Shown: piece after piece, positions 41,042 through 50,945 of the stretch | Layout: each line of letters begins with the position of its first letter | Numbering within the stretch: position 1 is the first letter of the stretch | Assembly (NCBI GenBank): GCA_963674945.2 | Contig: CAXXWQ010000004.1 | Coordinates: 2,432,001-2,496,000, forward strand | Source: an uncultured Desulfosarcina sp. | GTDB taxonomy: Bacteria; Desulfobacterota; Desulfobacteria; Desulfobacterales; Desulfosarcinaceae | Length of the DNA: 64,000 bases | Direction of reading: 5' to 3' | The notes under the pieces: model-generated | Told to the model about the DNA's origin: nothing | Database searches by the model: none | Seen by the model: only the letters and a program-made list of their open reading frames with translations | Program-made: the position numbers and the translations under genes

Positions 41042-42244
41042 ATGAATCGAAAGTATATTGGTGTAATTGCTATTTGTGTGTTGGCCGCTGTCGGCCTTTT
41101 GACAATGCCCGCAGGAGCGATGACGACGTCGGGTGTGGATGTCCACGGTTTTATTTCCCAGGGTTTCTTGTACAGCGACGAATACAATTACCTGGCCCAC
41201 AACAGCACGGACGGCAGTTTCGAGTACAACGAGTTCGGCATCAACTTCTCCAAAGACCTCACCGACAAGCTTCGCATGGGGATGCAGTTGTTCAGCCGGG
41301 ATATCGGGGATGCCAGCAACAATAAGGTTACTATCGACTGGGCCTACGGCGACTACCGCTTTCAGGATTGGCTGGGGGTTCGGGCCGGCAGAATCAAACT
41401 GCCCATCGGGCTGTACAACGAAATCCGGGACGTGGACATGTTGCGCACCAGCATCATCCTGCCCCAGGGAATTTACAACGACCTGTTCCGGGACACCCTC
41501 ATCGCCATCAACGGTGCCGGCCTTTATGGTAATGTGGACCTGGGAGCCGCCGGCGGGCTGGAATACCAGGCCCTCGTCGGGGGAATATATTCAGACGCCG
41601 ATAGCGGGGTCGGCAAGTACACAAATGACGGTGTGGCCGAATACGGAGGGGAACTTCTCGGTGATACCGATAACGATACCTCCTATACCGGAGCGATCCG
41701 GTGGGAGACACCGCTATCGGGCCTTCGTTTGGGTTACTCCATTACCTCTACAAAGGCGGTAAGTCAGCTTGGATTCTCCGGCGGCGCCACGGTGGTGAAT
41801 TTAGAGAGCGAATCCGTGCAGCACGTCGGCTCAATTGAGTTCGTATGGAACGACTTAACGGTGGTGGCTGAATATATGCAACGGAATTCTGAAACCGAAA
41901 TGGGATCCAGAACCATCGAAACCGATACGGAAAGCTATTACCTGTTGGCCTCATATGGATTTACCGACTGGTTCACCTTGGGCGCCTACTATTCCGTATA
42001 TTACCCGCGAAAGGATGATAAGGACGGCGACGATTTAGTAGCGGCAGGCGAGCCCGATCATGGCGCCTGGCAGAAAGACATGGCGGCGACCTTGCGTTTT
42101 GACATCAACGAATACTGGGTCTTCAAGGTCGAAGGGCATTATGTGGACGGAACCGCTCTTGTGCTGGGACTGGATAATCCCGACAACGACTTTACCGAAG
42201 ACACCTGGTACTACGGTGCCGCCAAGGTCACTTTCAGTTTCTAA
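41042..42244 (+). CDS. Outer-membrane beta-barrel/porin-like protein, copy 2
   Basis: Paralog of 38979..40190 with the same C-terminus. Confidence 0.8.
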   Translation: MNRKYIGVIAICVLAAVGLLTMPAGAMTTSGVDVHGFISQGFLYSDEYNYLAHNSTDGSFEYNEFGINFSKDLTDKLRMGMQLFSRDIGDASNNKVTIDWAYGDYRFQDWLGVRAGRIKLPIGLYNEIRDVDMLRTSIILPQGIYNDLFRDTLIAINGAGLYGNVDLGAAGGLEYQALVGGIYSDADSGVGKYTNDGVAEYGGELLGDTDNDTSYTGAIRWETPLSGLRLGYSITSTKAVSQLGFSGGATVVNLESESVQHVGSIEFVWNDLTVVAEYMQRNSETEMGSRTIETDTESYYLLASYGFTDWFTLGAYYSVYYPRKDDKDGDDLVAAGEPDHGAWQKDMAATLRFDINEYWVFKVEGHYVDGTALVLGLDNPDNDFTEDTWYYGAAKVTFSF

Positions 42245-42311
42245 GCTTCGTATTATCTTTCATCCCGGTGGGAAAGCCCCATTGGACAGAAGCAGAAGGT
42301 AACACAACCTC

Positions 42312-42361
42312 AACCCCGTCGTTACCACGGGTATGCAGCCCATGGAAACGACGGGGTTTTT
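42312..42361 (+). terminator. Intrinsic terminator after porin 2
   Basis: Stem AACCCCGTCGTT...AACGACGGGGTT followed by a T run. Confidence 0.7.
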
Positions 42362-42374
42362 ATCTGTAAACATT

Positions 42375-42972
42375 CATCGATCGGTGGCACCCAAAACGAT
42401 ACCTCCTTTGCCGGTGCCCTCCGTTGGGAGACGCCGTTATCGGGCCTGCGGTTATGTTATTCCTACTATAAGGCAGAACCAACATCTCAATTTGGATTTT
42501 CGGCGGCACCATGGTAGTGCCGTTAGAAATTACGACCAGGCAGCATGTGGGCTCCGCCGAGTTCGTATGGAACGATCTGACGGTAGCGGCTGAATACTTG
42601 TTTCGGGATTCCGATGCCACCTTTGGGGCCAATACCATCAAAAGCGAAACGGAAAGCTACTACCTGTCGGCCTCATACGGGTTTATCGAATGGTTTACGT
42701 TGGGCGCCTACTATGCAATTTATTACCCGGACAAGGATGACAAGGACGGCGATAAACTGGCGGCCCAGGAAAAGCCAGATCATCGTGCCTGGCAGAAAGA
42801 CCTGGCTGTAACCTTTCGTTTCAATCTCAATGAATACTGGATTGTCAAAGTCGAAGGTCACGCAGTGGACGGTTCGGCCGATGTGCTGTCCATAGATAAT
42901 CCAGCCCCCGACAATGACTTCAGTGAGTCGAACTGGTACTATGGTGCGGCCAAGGTCACCTTCAGTTTCTAA
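42375..42972 (+). pseudogene. 3' half of a third porin paralog, frameshifted
   Basis: TQNDTSFAGALRWETPLSGLRL in one frame, shift near 42500, then ORF 42511..42972 ending WYYGAAKVTFSF; no signal peptide or 5' half. Confidence 0.85.
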
Positions 42973-43074
42973 GTTTTACGAATCCGTCCGAACGGCAACA
43001 GTTTACGAGATCATCAGGTTTGGACACCTACGTTTCTCGATCTCTGACCCACTGTATTGGAACGTAACGACCCG

Positions 43075-43485
43075 TCAGGCCAATCGCTTGCCTGCACCCG
43101 GACCCGGTGATACGCCGAAGATCTCTTCGATGTGAAGAATGGCGGCACCCTTGGATTTGAGGGGAAAGCCGGTTTTTTCGCTCATCTCCTTGATCCATTG
43201 GGCGGTTTCCTCGAAACGCTGGCCACTGGTCTCGATGGAGACGGTGCCCTTGAGCTGGTACCCTTCACGGCCCTCCCAGAAGGTCACCGCCGCCTTGGGA
43301 TTGGCCTTCATGTTTTCCAGGGTCTTGTTGAAGAACTGATCGGAAATGAGAATGGTTTCGCTGTCGATAATCCGCTTGGCACCGACCGGTACGGCATTGG
43401 GTGTTCCATCTGCTGTGGCAGTGGAGAGAATCACGGTACGAATCGAATTGAACAACTCCTGCATTCTTTCAGTCATTTGGGCCAT
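43075..43485 (-). CDS. Pyridoxamine 5'-phosphate oxidase-family FMN-binding protein
   Basis: LSTATADGTPN, KTLENMKANP, GYQLKG; AGGAGG RBS. Confidence 0.85.
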   Translation of the reverse strand: MAQMTERMQELFNSIRTVILSTATADGTPNAVPVGAKRIIDSETILISDQFFNKTLENMKANPKAAVTFWEGREGYQLKGTVSIETSGQRFEETAQWIKEMSEKTGFPLKSKGAAILHIEEIFGVSPGPGAGKRLA

Positions 43486-43953
43486 TTTGCCGCCTCCTAT
43501 AAAGTTGATTCGGTTAACAGGAACATCTTCAGCCGGGAGGTTCTTCGGGTTTCCGTGCATCAATGATCGGGGACACACATCCCAGTTTTCCCTCCCGGTT
43601 TCGATGCGCCAAGAGAAGTGATCGATAAATGAGCCCCCGATCCAATGACCATTGGTGGCAATGAAACCGCCCCTTCTCATCACAATACGCCAGCAGGTCG
43701 CCGGTGAATCCCGCTTTCGCGAAAATGTCCGAAAATCGATGCTCATCCTTGCTACGGGTCCGCGAAGCGGTTGTTCCATATCAGGAATTTGAGTAATTGG
43801 CAAATGTACAAAACAAAAAAAATAGGATCGCACACGATCGACGAGCACGTAAAAAGTAGCTGTTCGATACGAGGTTCGTCGTTGACTCTCCCACGGGTTC
43901 GGTTCATTGTGGTAGATTATCAGTGTGTCCTACTGCAATGGGAGAAAGCTGTA

Positions 43954-44358
43954 ATGGTAACCCAATCAAATGGTCCGCCAAATCCGGATTGTCTCTTTTG
44001 TCAGTGGATTCGGGAGGGTAAACCGGTAACGGCCCTGGGCACGGTCGCCGCATTCCAGGATGGCAACCCCGTAACCGAGGGCCATCTGCTGATCGTTCCG
44101 CTGCGACATACCGGTGACTGGTTATCCATGAGCCGGCAGGAAGTACTGGACACCGACCGGTTGATCCGCAAGCTGGTCGAGACGATTCGACGAATCGATC
44201 CCGCCGTGACCGGCTTCAACATCGGAATGAACATCGGCCGGTCGGCCGGACAGACCATCTTCCACGCCCACACCCACCTGATCCCCCGGCGCGACAGGGA
44301 CACGCCTGACCCCAAAGGCGGTGTGCGGGGCGTCATCGACGGAAAGAGAGGGTATTAG
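43954..44358 (+). CDS. HIT family hydrolase
   Basis: CLFC, GHLLIVP, AGQTIFHAHTHLIPR. Confidence 0.9.
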   Translation: MVTQSNGPPNPDCLFCQWIREGKPVTALGTVAAFQDGNPVTEGHLLIVPLRHTGDWLSMSRQEVLDTDRLIRKLVETIRRIDPAVTGFNIGMNIGRSAGQTIFHAHTHLIPRRDRDTPDPKGGVRGVIDGKRGY

Positions 44359-45308
44359 GCTTTCGATTGAAGGTCATTCGAAAAGCCCCGGCAACAGACC
44401 TTGCCTTCGAAATATGGACAGGCGGCACATGCAGAAGATCCGTCCGGTGGCAATGTGCGACGATGAGCATTTTTCAGGTAGGGTGAGAGGTGGCGCAGAG
44501 CGCGATCCAGCTGCCGTCGGTCGACTCCGGTATTGACACCCTGTTCTTCCAGGGCGGCGACGACCTCTCCGGTGGCCACATTACCGCTGGCACCGGGGGC
44601 ATAGGGGCAGCCACCCAGGCCGCCCACGCTGGCATCGAAGATTCGAATCCCCGATGACCACGCAGCCAGTGCATTCTCCACACCCCGGCCGTATGTGTCG
44701 TGAAAATGAGCGGCAATGCGGTCTTCGGACAGACGGGGAAGCAGCAGGTCGAAAAGCCGCCGGACCTCATCCTCAGTCGCCTTCCCGATGGTGTCTGAAA
44801 TTGCCACCTCCTCGATCCCGATGTCCACCAGGCGATCGACAACCGATACGACGGCGGATGGCGGGATCTTTCCTTCGAATGCACACCAGAAGGCCGTGGA
44901 AACATATCCCCGCACCGACAGGCCGGCATCCATCGCCGCAGTCACGACAGGTTTGAAACGCCGGATGGAACCGGCAATGGAGGTGTTGATGTTTTTACGG
45001 TTGAACGTTTCACTGGCGCCGGTGAAGACCGAAATTTTGTCTGCCCTGGCTGCCAGCGCTCTCTCGAACCCGTGATCATTGGGTACCAGGGCCGAATACA
45101 CCACATCGGGCTGCCGGGTGATCCCTTCGAACACCGCGGCAGCATCGCTCAGTTGGGGCACCCATAAAGGGGAGACGAAGGCGCTTACCTCGATTTCATG
45201 GACACCGCTTCGCGACAGGGTATTGACCAGGGCGATCTTGGCCGCTGTCGGTATTGGTACGGATTCGTTCTGGAGCCCATCCCGTGGGCCGACTTCGACG
45301 ATGCGCAT
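44355..45308 (-). CDS. Hydroxymethylglutaryl-CoA lyase
   Basis: EVGPRDGLQNE, SDTIG, HFHDT, GLGGCPYAPGASGN. Confidence 0.92.
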   Translation of the reverse strand: MRIVEVGPRDGLQNESVPIPTAAKIALVNTLSRSGVHEIEVSAFVSPLWVPQLSDAAAVFEGITRQPDVVYSALVPNDHGFERALAARADKISVFTGASETFNRKNINTSIAGSIRRFKPVVTAAMDAGLSVRGYVSTAFWCAFEGKIPPSAVVSVVDRLVDIGIEEVAISDTIGKATEDEVRRLFDLLLPRLSEDRIAAHFHDTYGRGVENALAAWSSGIRIFDASVGGLGGCPYAPGASGNVATGEVVAALEEQGVNTGVDRRQLDRALRHLSPYLKNAHRRTLPPDGSSACAACPYFEGKVCCRGFSNDLQSKA

Positions 45309-45447
45309 GGTTGTCCTCCGTGTAAAAATGGTTATCGTGTAGGATGCAGATGATGGCCCATAATGTGAAGTTAATGCATTTAAAATAAAATTGCCATCAA
45401 TGGTTCATTCACTGCGGTACAAAAAGAGGAAAAGGTAAAGGCATGCA

Positions 45448-46281
45448 ATGACAACCGGAAACGAATCAATACCACCGGATGAGACAAAGGACTCTGGTTC
45501 ATCGGAAATTATGCCGGTGTTGTTTGTGGGCCACGGCAGTCCCATGAACGCAATCGAGGACAACCCCTTCAGCCACGCCTGGGAAGAAATGGGGCGGACG
45601 CTACCTTGCCCCCGGGCAATCGTGGTCATCAGTGCCCACTGGGAGACCGCCGGCACTTGTGTTACGGCAATGGAGCGGCCGTCCACATTGTACGACTTTC
45701 ACGGCTTTCCACAAGAATTGTACGAAATTTCCTATCCGGCTCCCGGCGACCCCGGGCTGGCCCGAAGCATCAAAAAAGCTGTTTCGGATCCGGTCATCAA
45801 CCTCGACTTCGGCTGGGGACTGGACCACGGTGCCTGGTCGGTACTGCGCCGCATGTTTCCCGCAGAGGACATCCCCGTGGTGCAACTCAGCCTGGATTTC
45901 GACCGGCCGCCGGAATTCCACTATGGGTTGGGAAAGCAGCTGGCCTTTTTGCGCAAGCAAGGGATTATGATTATCGGCAGCGGCAACATCGTTCACAACC
46001 TGCGTGCCATCGTTTGGGAGGATACCGCCTTCGACTGGGCCCGAAAATTCGATGAACGGGTGAAGTGCCTGATCCTCGCCGGGGAACATCAGCCCCTGAT
46101 CGACTATACGGCACTGGGCGAAGACGCCCTGTTGGCCATCCCCACCAACGAGCACTACCTGCCGCTGCTCTACGTACTGGCGCTTCAGGATCCTGCCGAC
46201 CGGATCTCGTTTTTCTGCGAATCGGTCACCCTGGGATCGGTTTCCATGCGATCGTTCATCCTGGACAGTGCAACGCGATGA
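45448..46281 (+). CDS. ygiD: 4,5-DOPA extradiol dioxygenase (YgiD/LigB family)
   Basis: FVGHGSPMN, SAHW, LDHGAW, GSGNIVHNL, EHYLP. Confidence 0.9.
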   Translation: MTTGNESIPPDETKDSGSSEIMPVLFVGHGSPMNAIEDNPFSHAWEEMGRTLPCPRAIVVISAHWETAGTCVTAMERPSTLYDFHGFPQELYEISYPAPGDPGLARSIKKAVSDPVINLDFGWGLDHGAWSVLRRMFPAEDIPVVQLSLDFDRPPEFHYGLGKQLAFLRKQGIMIIGSGNIVHNLRAIVWEDTAFDWARKFDERVKCLILAGEHQPLIDYTALGEDALLAIPTNEHYLPLLYVLALQDPADRISFFCESVTLGSVSMRSFILDSATR

Positions 46282-46312
46282 CCGGTTTCCTTCATCCTTG
46301 ATGAATGATGAA

Positions 46313-46882
46313 TCACGGGACCGTTTTCAAATTGAAGCTGGCGCCCAGACCGTCGGTGGTGTTGGCCATCATGCCGAAGGAGATGAATCCCTTTTCGTAG
46401 CCAAATACGTTTCGCAGGGATTTCGGATTGCAGAGCGGCGCCCAATGGACCGCATCGGCACTTACGTACAGCATGAATTTTTTGAAAAACGCATTCTTCT
46501 CCGCATCGCTCCACTGGGAGATGCGCTGCATATCGATGTCGTTTATTTGGGAAATCTCTTCTTCCGTAAGGTTTTCCGGCATCTTGATCATGAAGTAGAG
46601 TTTTTTCTTGGCGACGAGATCGATGTGATCCTGTTCAAAACCGATAAAGTCGGTATTCATTGAAATGGAAAGGGGAAGGGTGTCACCTTCGTTCATATAG
46701 GCTACGGTGTTGTTCAGGCTCTTGGTTTTCTCCCAACCCTTGATCTGGCTGTAATGGACGATGTTCTCTTCTGGAAAGGACCTGACCAGCAACTTGTTGC
46801 CTGCGCATCCCGTCAGGACGATGGTGAAAAGAATCATCATTCCGGTGGAGATCATATAACTTCTCACATTAATTGGACTCAT
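46313..46882 (-). CDS. Hypothetical lipoprotein
   Basis: LTGC lipobox; start overlaps the end of the upstream HTH gene. Confidence 0.7.
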   Translation of the reverse strand: MSPINVRSYMISTGMMILFTIVLTGCAGNKLLVRSFPEENIVHYSQIKGWEKTKSLNNTVAYMNEGDTLPLSISMNTDFIGFEQDHIDLVAKKKLYFMIKMPENLTEEEISQINDIDMQRISQWSDAEKNAFFKKFMLYVSADAVHWAPLCNPKSLRNVFGYEKGFISFGMMANTTDGLGASFNLKTVP

Positions 46883-47099
46883 TGTCTTCTCCTCTTTTTT
46901 CGCAGTATTCCAATATGTCGCCAGGTTGACATGAAAGATACCGGCAGATTGCATCCAGGGTCTCCAGGCGAATGGCACGGGCTTTTCCGGTTTTCAGAAT
47001 GGAGAGGTTCTGCGGCGTAATACCGATTTTGTCGGCCAGTTCAAAGGATTTCATCTTGCGACGTGCAAGCATGACATCCAGGTGAATACGAATGGACAT
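46869..47099 (-). CDS. Cro/C1-type (YozG-like) HTH regulator
   Basis: LADKIGITPQNLSILKTGKARAIR...LSCQPGDILEY; AAGGAG RBS. Confidence 0.9.
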   Translation of the reverse strand: MSIRIHLDVMLARRKMKSFELADKIGITPQNLSILKTGKARAIRLETLDAICRYLSCQPGDILEYCEKRGEDNESN

Positions 47100-47107
47100 A
47101 TTGCTCC

Positions 47108-47647
47108 TTATACGGTATAGTCCTGATCCTCCTGAAGCCTTTGCCCCTCTTCCATCACCCAGGTGATGATGGATAAAATGAAACCAATCAGCAAAATGCC
47201 TAAATCGGAAGAACTCACCCCCAACGTCAGCATGCGTTGTCCCGGTGGATTGTGAAGGGTCAGGGCAATACCCAGAAGGGTTCTTTCCACGATGCGGGCG
47301 GCGAACCACCAGATGAGAATCCGGGACAGGTGTTTGTAACATTGAACGTTGGCATCCCTGAAGATGGATCCCTTCCCGTACAGATCAAAAAGACGCATCA
47401 GATGAAGAGCACCGACAATGACCACGGACGCGGACACCATGGTAACCAGAAATCCCATCAGACGGGTGGTGGCCGGCAGGGGCATGGTCACGAAATGGGG
47501 GAGTATTTCTCGATAGATATCCACCGGCAGATCGTTGATGAAAAGCCATACCATCGCATTGATCAGGGGCATGACAATGATGACGCCGGCCAGGATGCGG
47601 CGCATTCGGTGACTGGCCCGCTGGATCTGTTCCACATTGTGCATCAA
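47108..47647 (-). CDS. DUF2975-family membrane protein
   Basis: Four TM segments, C-terminal EDQDYTV, typical pairing with a YozG-like HTH gene. Confidence 0.8.
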   Translation of the reverse strand: MMHNVEQIQRASHRMRRILAGVIIVMPLINAMVWLFINDLPVDIYREILPHFVTMPLPATTRLMGFLVTMVSASVVIVGALHLMRLFDLYGKGSIFRDANVQCYKHLSRILIWWFAARIVERTLLGIALTLHNPPGQRMLTLGVSSSDLGILLIGFILSIITWVMEEGQRLQEDQDYTV

Positions 47648-47781
47648 TTACCTCCGTTCGTATCCCATATTGGTAGTGCAGATGGAGATGACGGAACAAT
47701 ACCGAAGCGATCACCTTCGTGTGAAGGCGAAAACCATCTCGACGAATGGTTCGATCGTTGGTATTAATGAATTACGGCAAT

Positions 47782-47804
47782 AAATTATTGTTTGTCAATA
47801 ATTT
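47782..47804 (-). promoter_or_regulatory. Palindromic operator overlapping a -35 TTGACA
   Basis: AAATTATTG-TTTGT-CAATAATTT; TTGACA at 47798-47793. Confidence 0.55.
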
Positions 47805-47937
47805 TTTAGTGAAAACTTCATGTGGGACCGACGGGTCCTGCGGCGTGAGTGGTGGAAAAAGGATCATGGGGCGGGATGAAAAGCGATGACGTTTCATCCC
47901 GCTTCCGTTGTCCATCTTTTTCAAAATAGAAGATGTT

Positions 47938-49623
47938 CTAAAAGAGGTTATACATCACTGCACTGACGACCAGACCGGCAAGGACCATGGCGGCGCGGGA
48001 CAGATTCTGGGTAACCAGCCGACGGCCGGATTCTCCGGTAAATTTCGGCCGCATCGCCGTGGTGACGGTGCTGAAAACATATTGTGGATTCTTATATCCC
48101 TTGTAAATGGGCGTGACCTTCTTATCCAGATGCAACAGGGTGTATACACCGATCTGGGCGGCTCTGACCGAGTACTCCAGGGTGAATACGATATCATCGG
48201 GTATTTCGCAAAACTGCCCCAGTACGGCCAGGTTGGAAATCTCATCCGATACCACTGGGGGGCGGTCCTCGCTTGTCCTGGGCAGGAACTGGCTGGTGAT
48301 ATACGGCAACAGACAGGGGATGCAGGTGGACGTTTCAAGAATGCGATCCATATGATCTTGCATCCCGAGATGGGAACACACTTCCATGAGGATCTCCCTG
48401 CCCGAACATTCGGATATTTTCTTTTTTACAAAGTTGCCCTCCGTATCGGTGGACAGCCCGTATCCCCAGCCGACATTGACATTTTCCGGTTGATTTTTAA
48501 AAAACGGATAGGGCGTCATGGCAAAGGAGATCAACCAATTGGAATCCTTTATGGTCACTGCGCCTTCGGTTCCCATTTCCGTGCCGGTATATTTTTTCAG
48601 TTGTTCGACAAATACGGGATCTCTGAATGTCATGGAAAAAGAGGTCCATTTGCTTTTTTCCAGGTCGGTGTTAAAAACAGACGGTTTCCCGAATACGGGT
48701 TCTTTCCGGGCGATATTTTCCCACAGGAGCCACGAAGAATCCTTTTCCGCTATGTTTTCCTCGGGCACCGTGTCCATGGTTCCGATACTGGAATTGGCGG
48801 TCATGGACCCCAGGGTTGCAAAAACAAGGTCACTGGCATCGACGGGTATCACACAGTCCTTGCCTTCTTTGATGCAGTGGAGTATCTGGACGGCTTTCCC
48901 GCCTTCGATGCCGCCGAATTCAAAATCGACCACCCGCGTGTTAAATTCAAACCGTACCCCCTGATCCTGCAGCCACGACACGAGGGGAACAACGATGGAT
49001 TCGTATTCATTGTAGGGTGTAAGCCGCACACATGCCATGCTGCTCAACTGCGGAGAGACATGACAGAATCGCAGAATGTACCGTTTGAACTCAACCAGCG
49101 AGTGCCAGGGCTGAAATGAGAAAGTGGTACACATCTGTACCCAGAAGTTGCTGGTAAAAAAAGAGGGTGAAAAGTAGTCCGCGATGGTCATGTCTTCCAA
49201 AATATCTTCCGGGCGCGTCAGAAACCAGAGCAACCGGAAACGGTCTTTCACATTCAGGTGAAATGGAAAGGGTTCCACGACCTTTCCCTTTTCTATGAGA
49301 CGTGCCTTCGCATCGATCCGGACCCGATCGTTAAATTCCTTGAATTCGTCCAGGACGGTCTTCTCCGGATCTTCCAGGGAAGGGATAAAGGACAGCAGGT
49401 CATACATGCAGGAATAGACCCTGCTTTCCAGCATTCGATAGCCGCGCATGACATAACCTTCGCCGGCATTGATATCTTCGGCATCCAGGCTGCCACCCAC
49501 ATTTTTGCTTTCTTCGTAAACAATGATGTTTTCACCTGGTATTTTTCCATCCCTGATCAAATATGCCGCACTGGCCAGTGAAGCCAACCCACCACCGATG
49601 ATGTACGCTCTCTTTTTTTCCAT
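47938..49623 (-). CDS. Oleate hydratase (myosin-cross-reactive antigen family)
   Basis: GGGLASLASAAYLIRDG, GGSLD, RGYRM, YNEYES, GQFCE...FTLEYSVR. Confidence 0.92.
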   Translation of the reverse strand: MEKKRAYIIGGGLASLASAAYLIRDGKIPGENIIVYEESKNVGGSLDAEDINAGEGYVMRGYRMLESRVYSCMYDLLSFIPSLEDPEKTVLDEFKEFNDRVRIDAKARLIEKGKVVEPFPFHLNVKDRFRLLWFLTRPEDILEDMTIADYFSPSFFTSNFWVQMCTTFSFQPWHSLVEFKRYILRFCHVSPQLSSMACVRLTPYNEYESIVVPLVSWLQDQGVRFEFNTRVVDFEFGGIEGGKAVQILHCIKEGKDCVIPVDASDLVFATLGSMTANSSIGTMDTVPEENIAEKDSSWLLWENIARKEPVFGKPSVFNTDLEKSKWTSFSMTFRDPVFVEQLKKYTGTEMGTEGAVTIKDSNWLISFAMTPYPFFKNQPENVNVGWGYGLSTDTEGNFVKKKISECSGREILMEVCSHLGMQDHMDRILETSTCIPCLLPYITSQFLPRTSEDRPPVVSDEISNLAVLGQFCEIPDDIVFTLEYSVRAAQIGVYTLLHLDKKVTPIYKGYKNPQYVFSTVTTAMRPKFTGESGRRLVTQNLSRAAMVLAGLVVSAVMYNLF

Positions 49624-49868
49624 GACGGCCCTTCCCGATTTCAATCCCTGTTTTCATCCAATGAAAAAATTGTGACACAAGTGACATCGTATCCATTATC
49701 GGCCGGTGGCTCTCAGGTCTTGAGAAATAGATGGGAAGACGTTCGTTTTCGCTATTGGCGGGTGGGGCAAAAAGGTAAGCGTTGACACTTGAACCGCGGA
49801 CATGGAAAAAACGAAACATCGCATCGAAGTTGAACGCTACAGAAAAACTGGTAAAGAGTCAGATTATA

Positions 49869-49992
49869 GACGGCTTCGTAAAAAGTTCGAGATCAAGGCT
49901 TGCGAATCCCGAGGAATGAGGCGTACATGTAGTACTCCGCAGTGACGAGGGATGAAGCGTAACGCAGATATCGGGCTTTTTACGAAGCCGTC
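49869..49992. mobile_element. 124-bp MITE-like element, copy 2 (inverted relative to copy 1)
   Basis: Same terminal repeats and a homologous interior to 27879-28002. Confidence 0.85.
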
Positions 49993-50021
49993 ACAATTCG
50001 GTTTTAAAAGGAGTATGATCA

Positions 50022-50945
50022 GTGAAAACGATTCGAGACGTGTCCATTGTCGGTGCCGGTGCCATGGGTGCCGCCTATGCGTCCATGTTTACCGACGCCC
50101 GTGGCTTTTCCGTGACTTTCCTGGCGCGAGGGGAACGCCATGAGCGGCTAAAAACCAGGATTTTTGCCATTAACGGCAAAGACTACCACTTTCCCGTCGT
50201 TCATGCCGACCGGATACCCGCGCCGGCGGACCTGGTTCTCGTGGCGCTGAAACATCATCACCTGGCCGGAGCCGTCGAGGACATCCGGGCGCTGGTGGGG
50301 GAAAACACGGTGATTTTGTCGGTCATGAACGGTCTGGAGAGTGAGGCGATCATCGGAGAAGCCTGCGGCATGGACAAGCTGGTCCATGCCATCTCCGTGG
50401 GTATCGATGCCGTTCATGAAAACGGGCGCTATACCTATGCCAATCCGGGGAAAATCATTTTCGGACGGGTGGACGATGACGGTGTCGGCCCCTCTCTGGA
50501 ACGAATTGCGGAAGCATTGGATCGGGCCAATATTCCCAACGAGGTCCCCGAAGACATCCTGCGTGCCTTGTGGTGGAAGTTCATGATCAACGTTGGCATC
50601 AATCAGGCGTCGGCCGTGCTCGGGGCCCCTTATCGTGTTTTCCAATCCTCTGCCCATGCCCGGTCCCTGATGCGATCCCTCATGGAAGAGGTGGTGAACC
50701 TGGCAATAAAATTGGACATCGGTCTTACCGATACGGATCTCGACGCGTGGGAGACGATTTTAATGGAACTTTCTCCCACCGGCAAGACATCCATGCTTCA
50801 GGACGTGGAGGCCAAAAGGAAGACCGAGGTGGCGGTCTTTGCCGGCAGGGTGATCGCGCTGGGCAGGGAACACGGCATCCCGACACCCGTAAACGAAACG
50901 ATTTATAAGATCATCCGGGTTATGGAAGAGTGTTTCGGGTTGTAA
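50022..50945 (+). CDS. panE: Ketopantoate reductase family protein
   Basis: GAGAMG, MNGL, WWKFMIN, TSMLQD...RKTE. Confidence 0.85.
   Translation: MKTIRDVSIVGAGAMGAAYASMFTDARGFSVTFLARGERHERLKTRIFAINGKDYHFPVVHADRIPAPADLVLVALKHHHLAGAVEDIRALVGENTVILSVMNGLESEAIIGEACGMDKLVHAISVGIDAVHENGRYTYANPGKIIFGRVDDDGVGPSLERIAEALDRANIPNEVPEDILRALWWKFMINVGINQASAVLGAPYRVFQSSAHARSLMRSLMEEVVNLAIKLDIGLTDTDLDAWETILMELSPTGKTSMLQDVEAKRKTEVAVFAGRVIALGREHGIPTPVNETIYKIIRVMEECFGL

Noticed and set aside
38517..42972. CRISPR array or diversity-generating retroelement behind the repeats
   Set aside because: The repeats are paralogous coding sequences; no spacers, cas genes, reverse transcriptase or evident adenine-specific variation
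43075..44358. Long N-terminal extensions in ORFs 43075..43848 and 43771..44358
   Set aside because: They overlap divergently and lack motifs; RBS-supported starts are at 43485 and 43954
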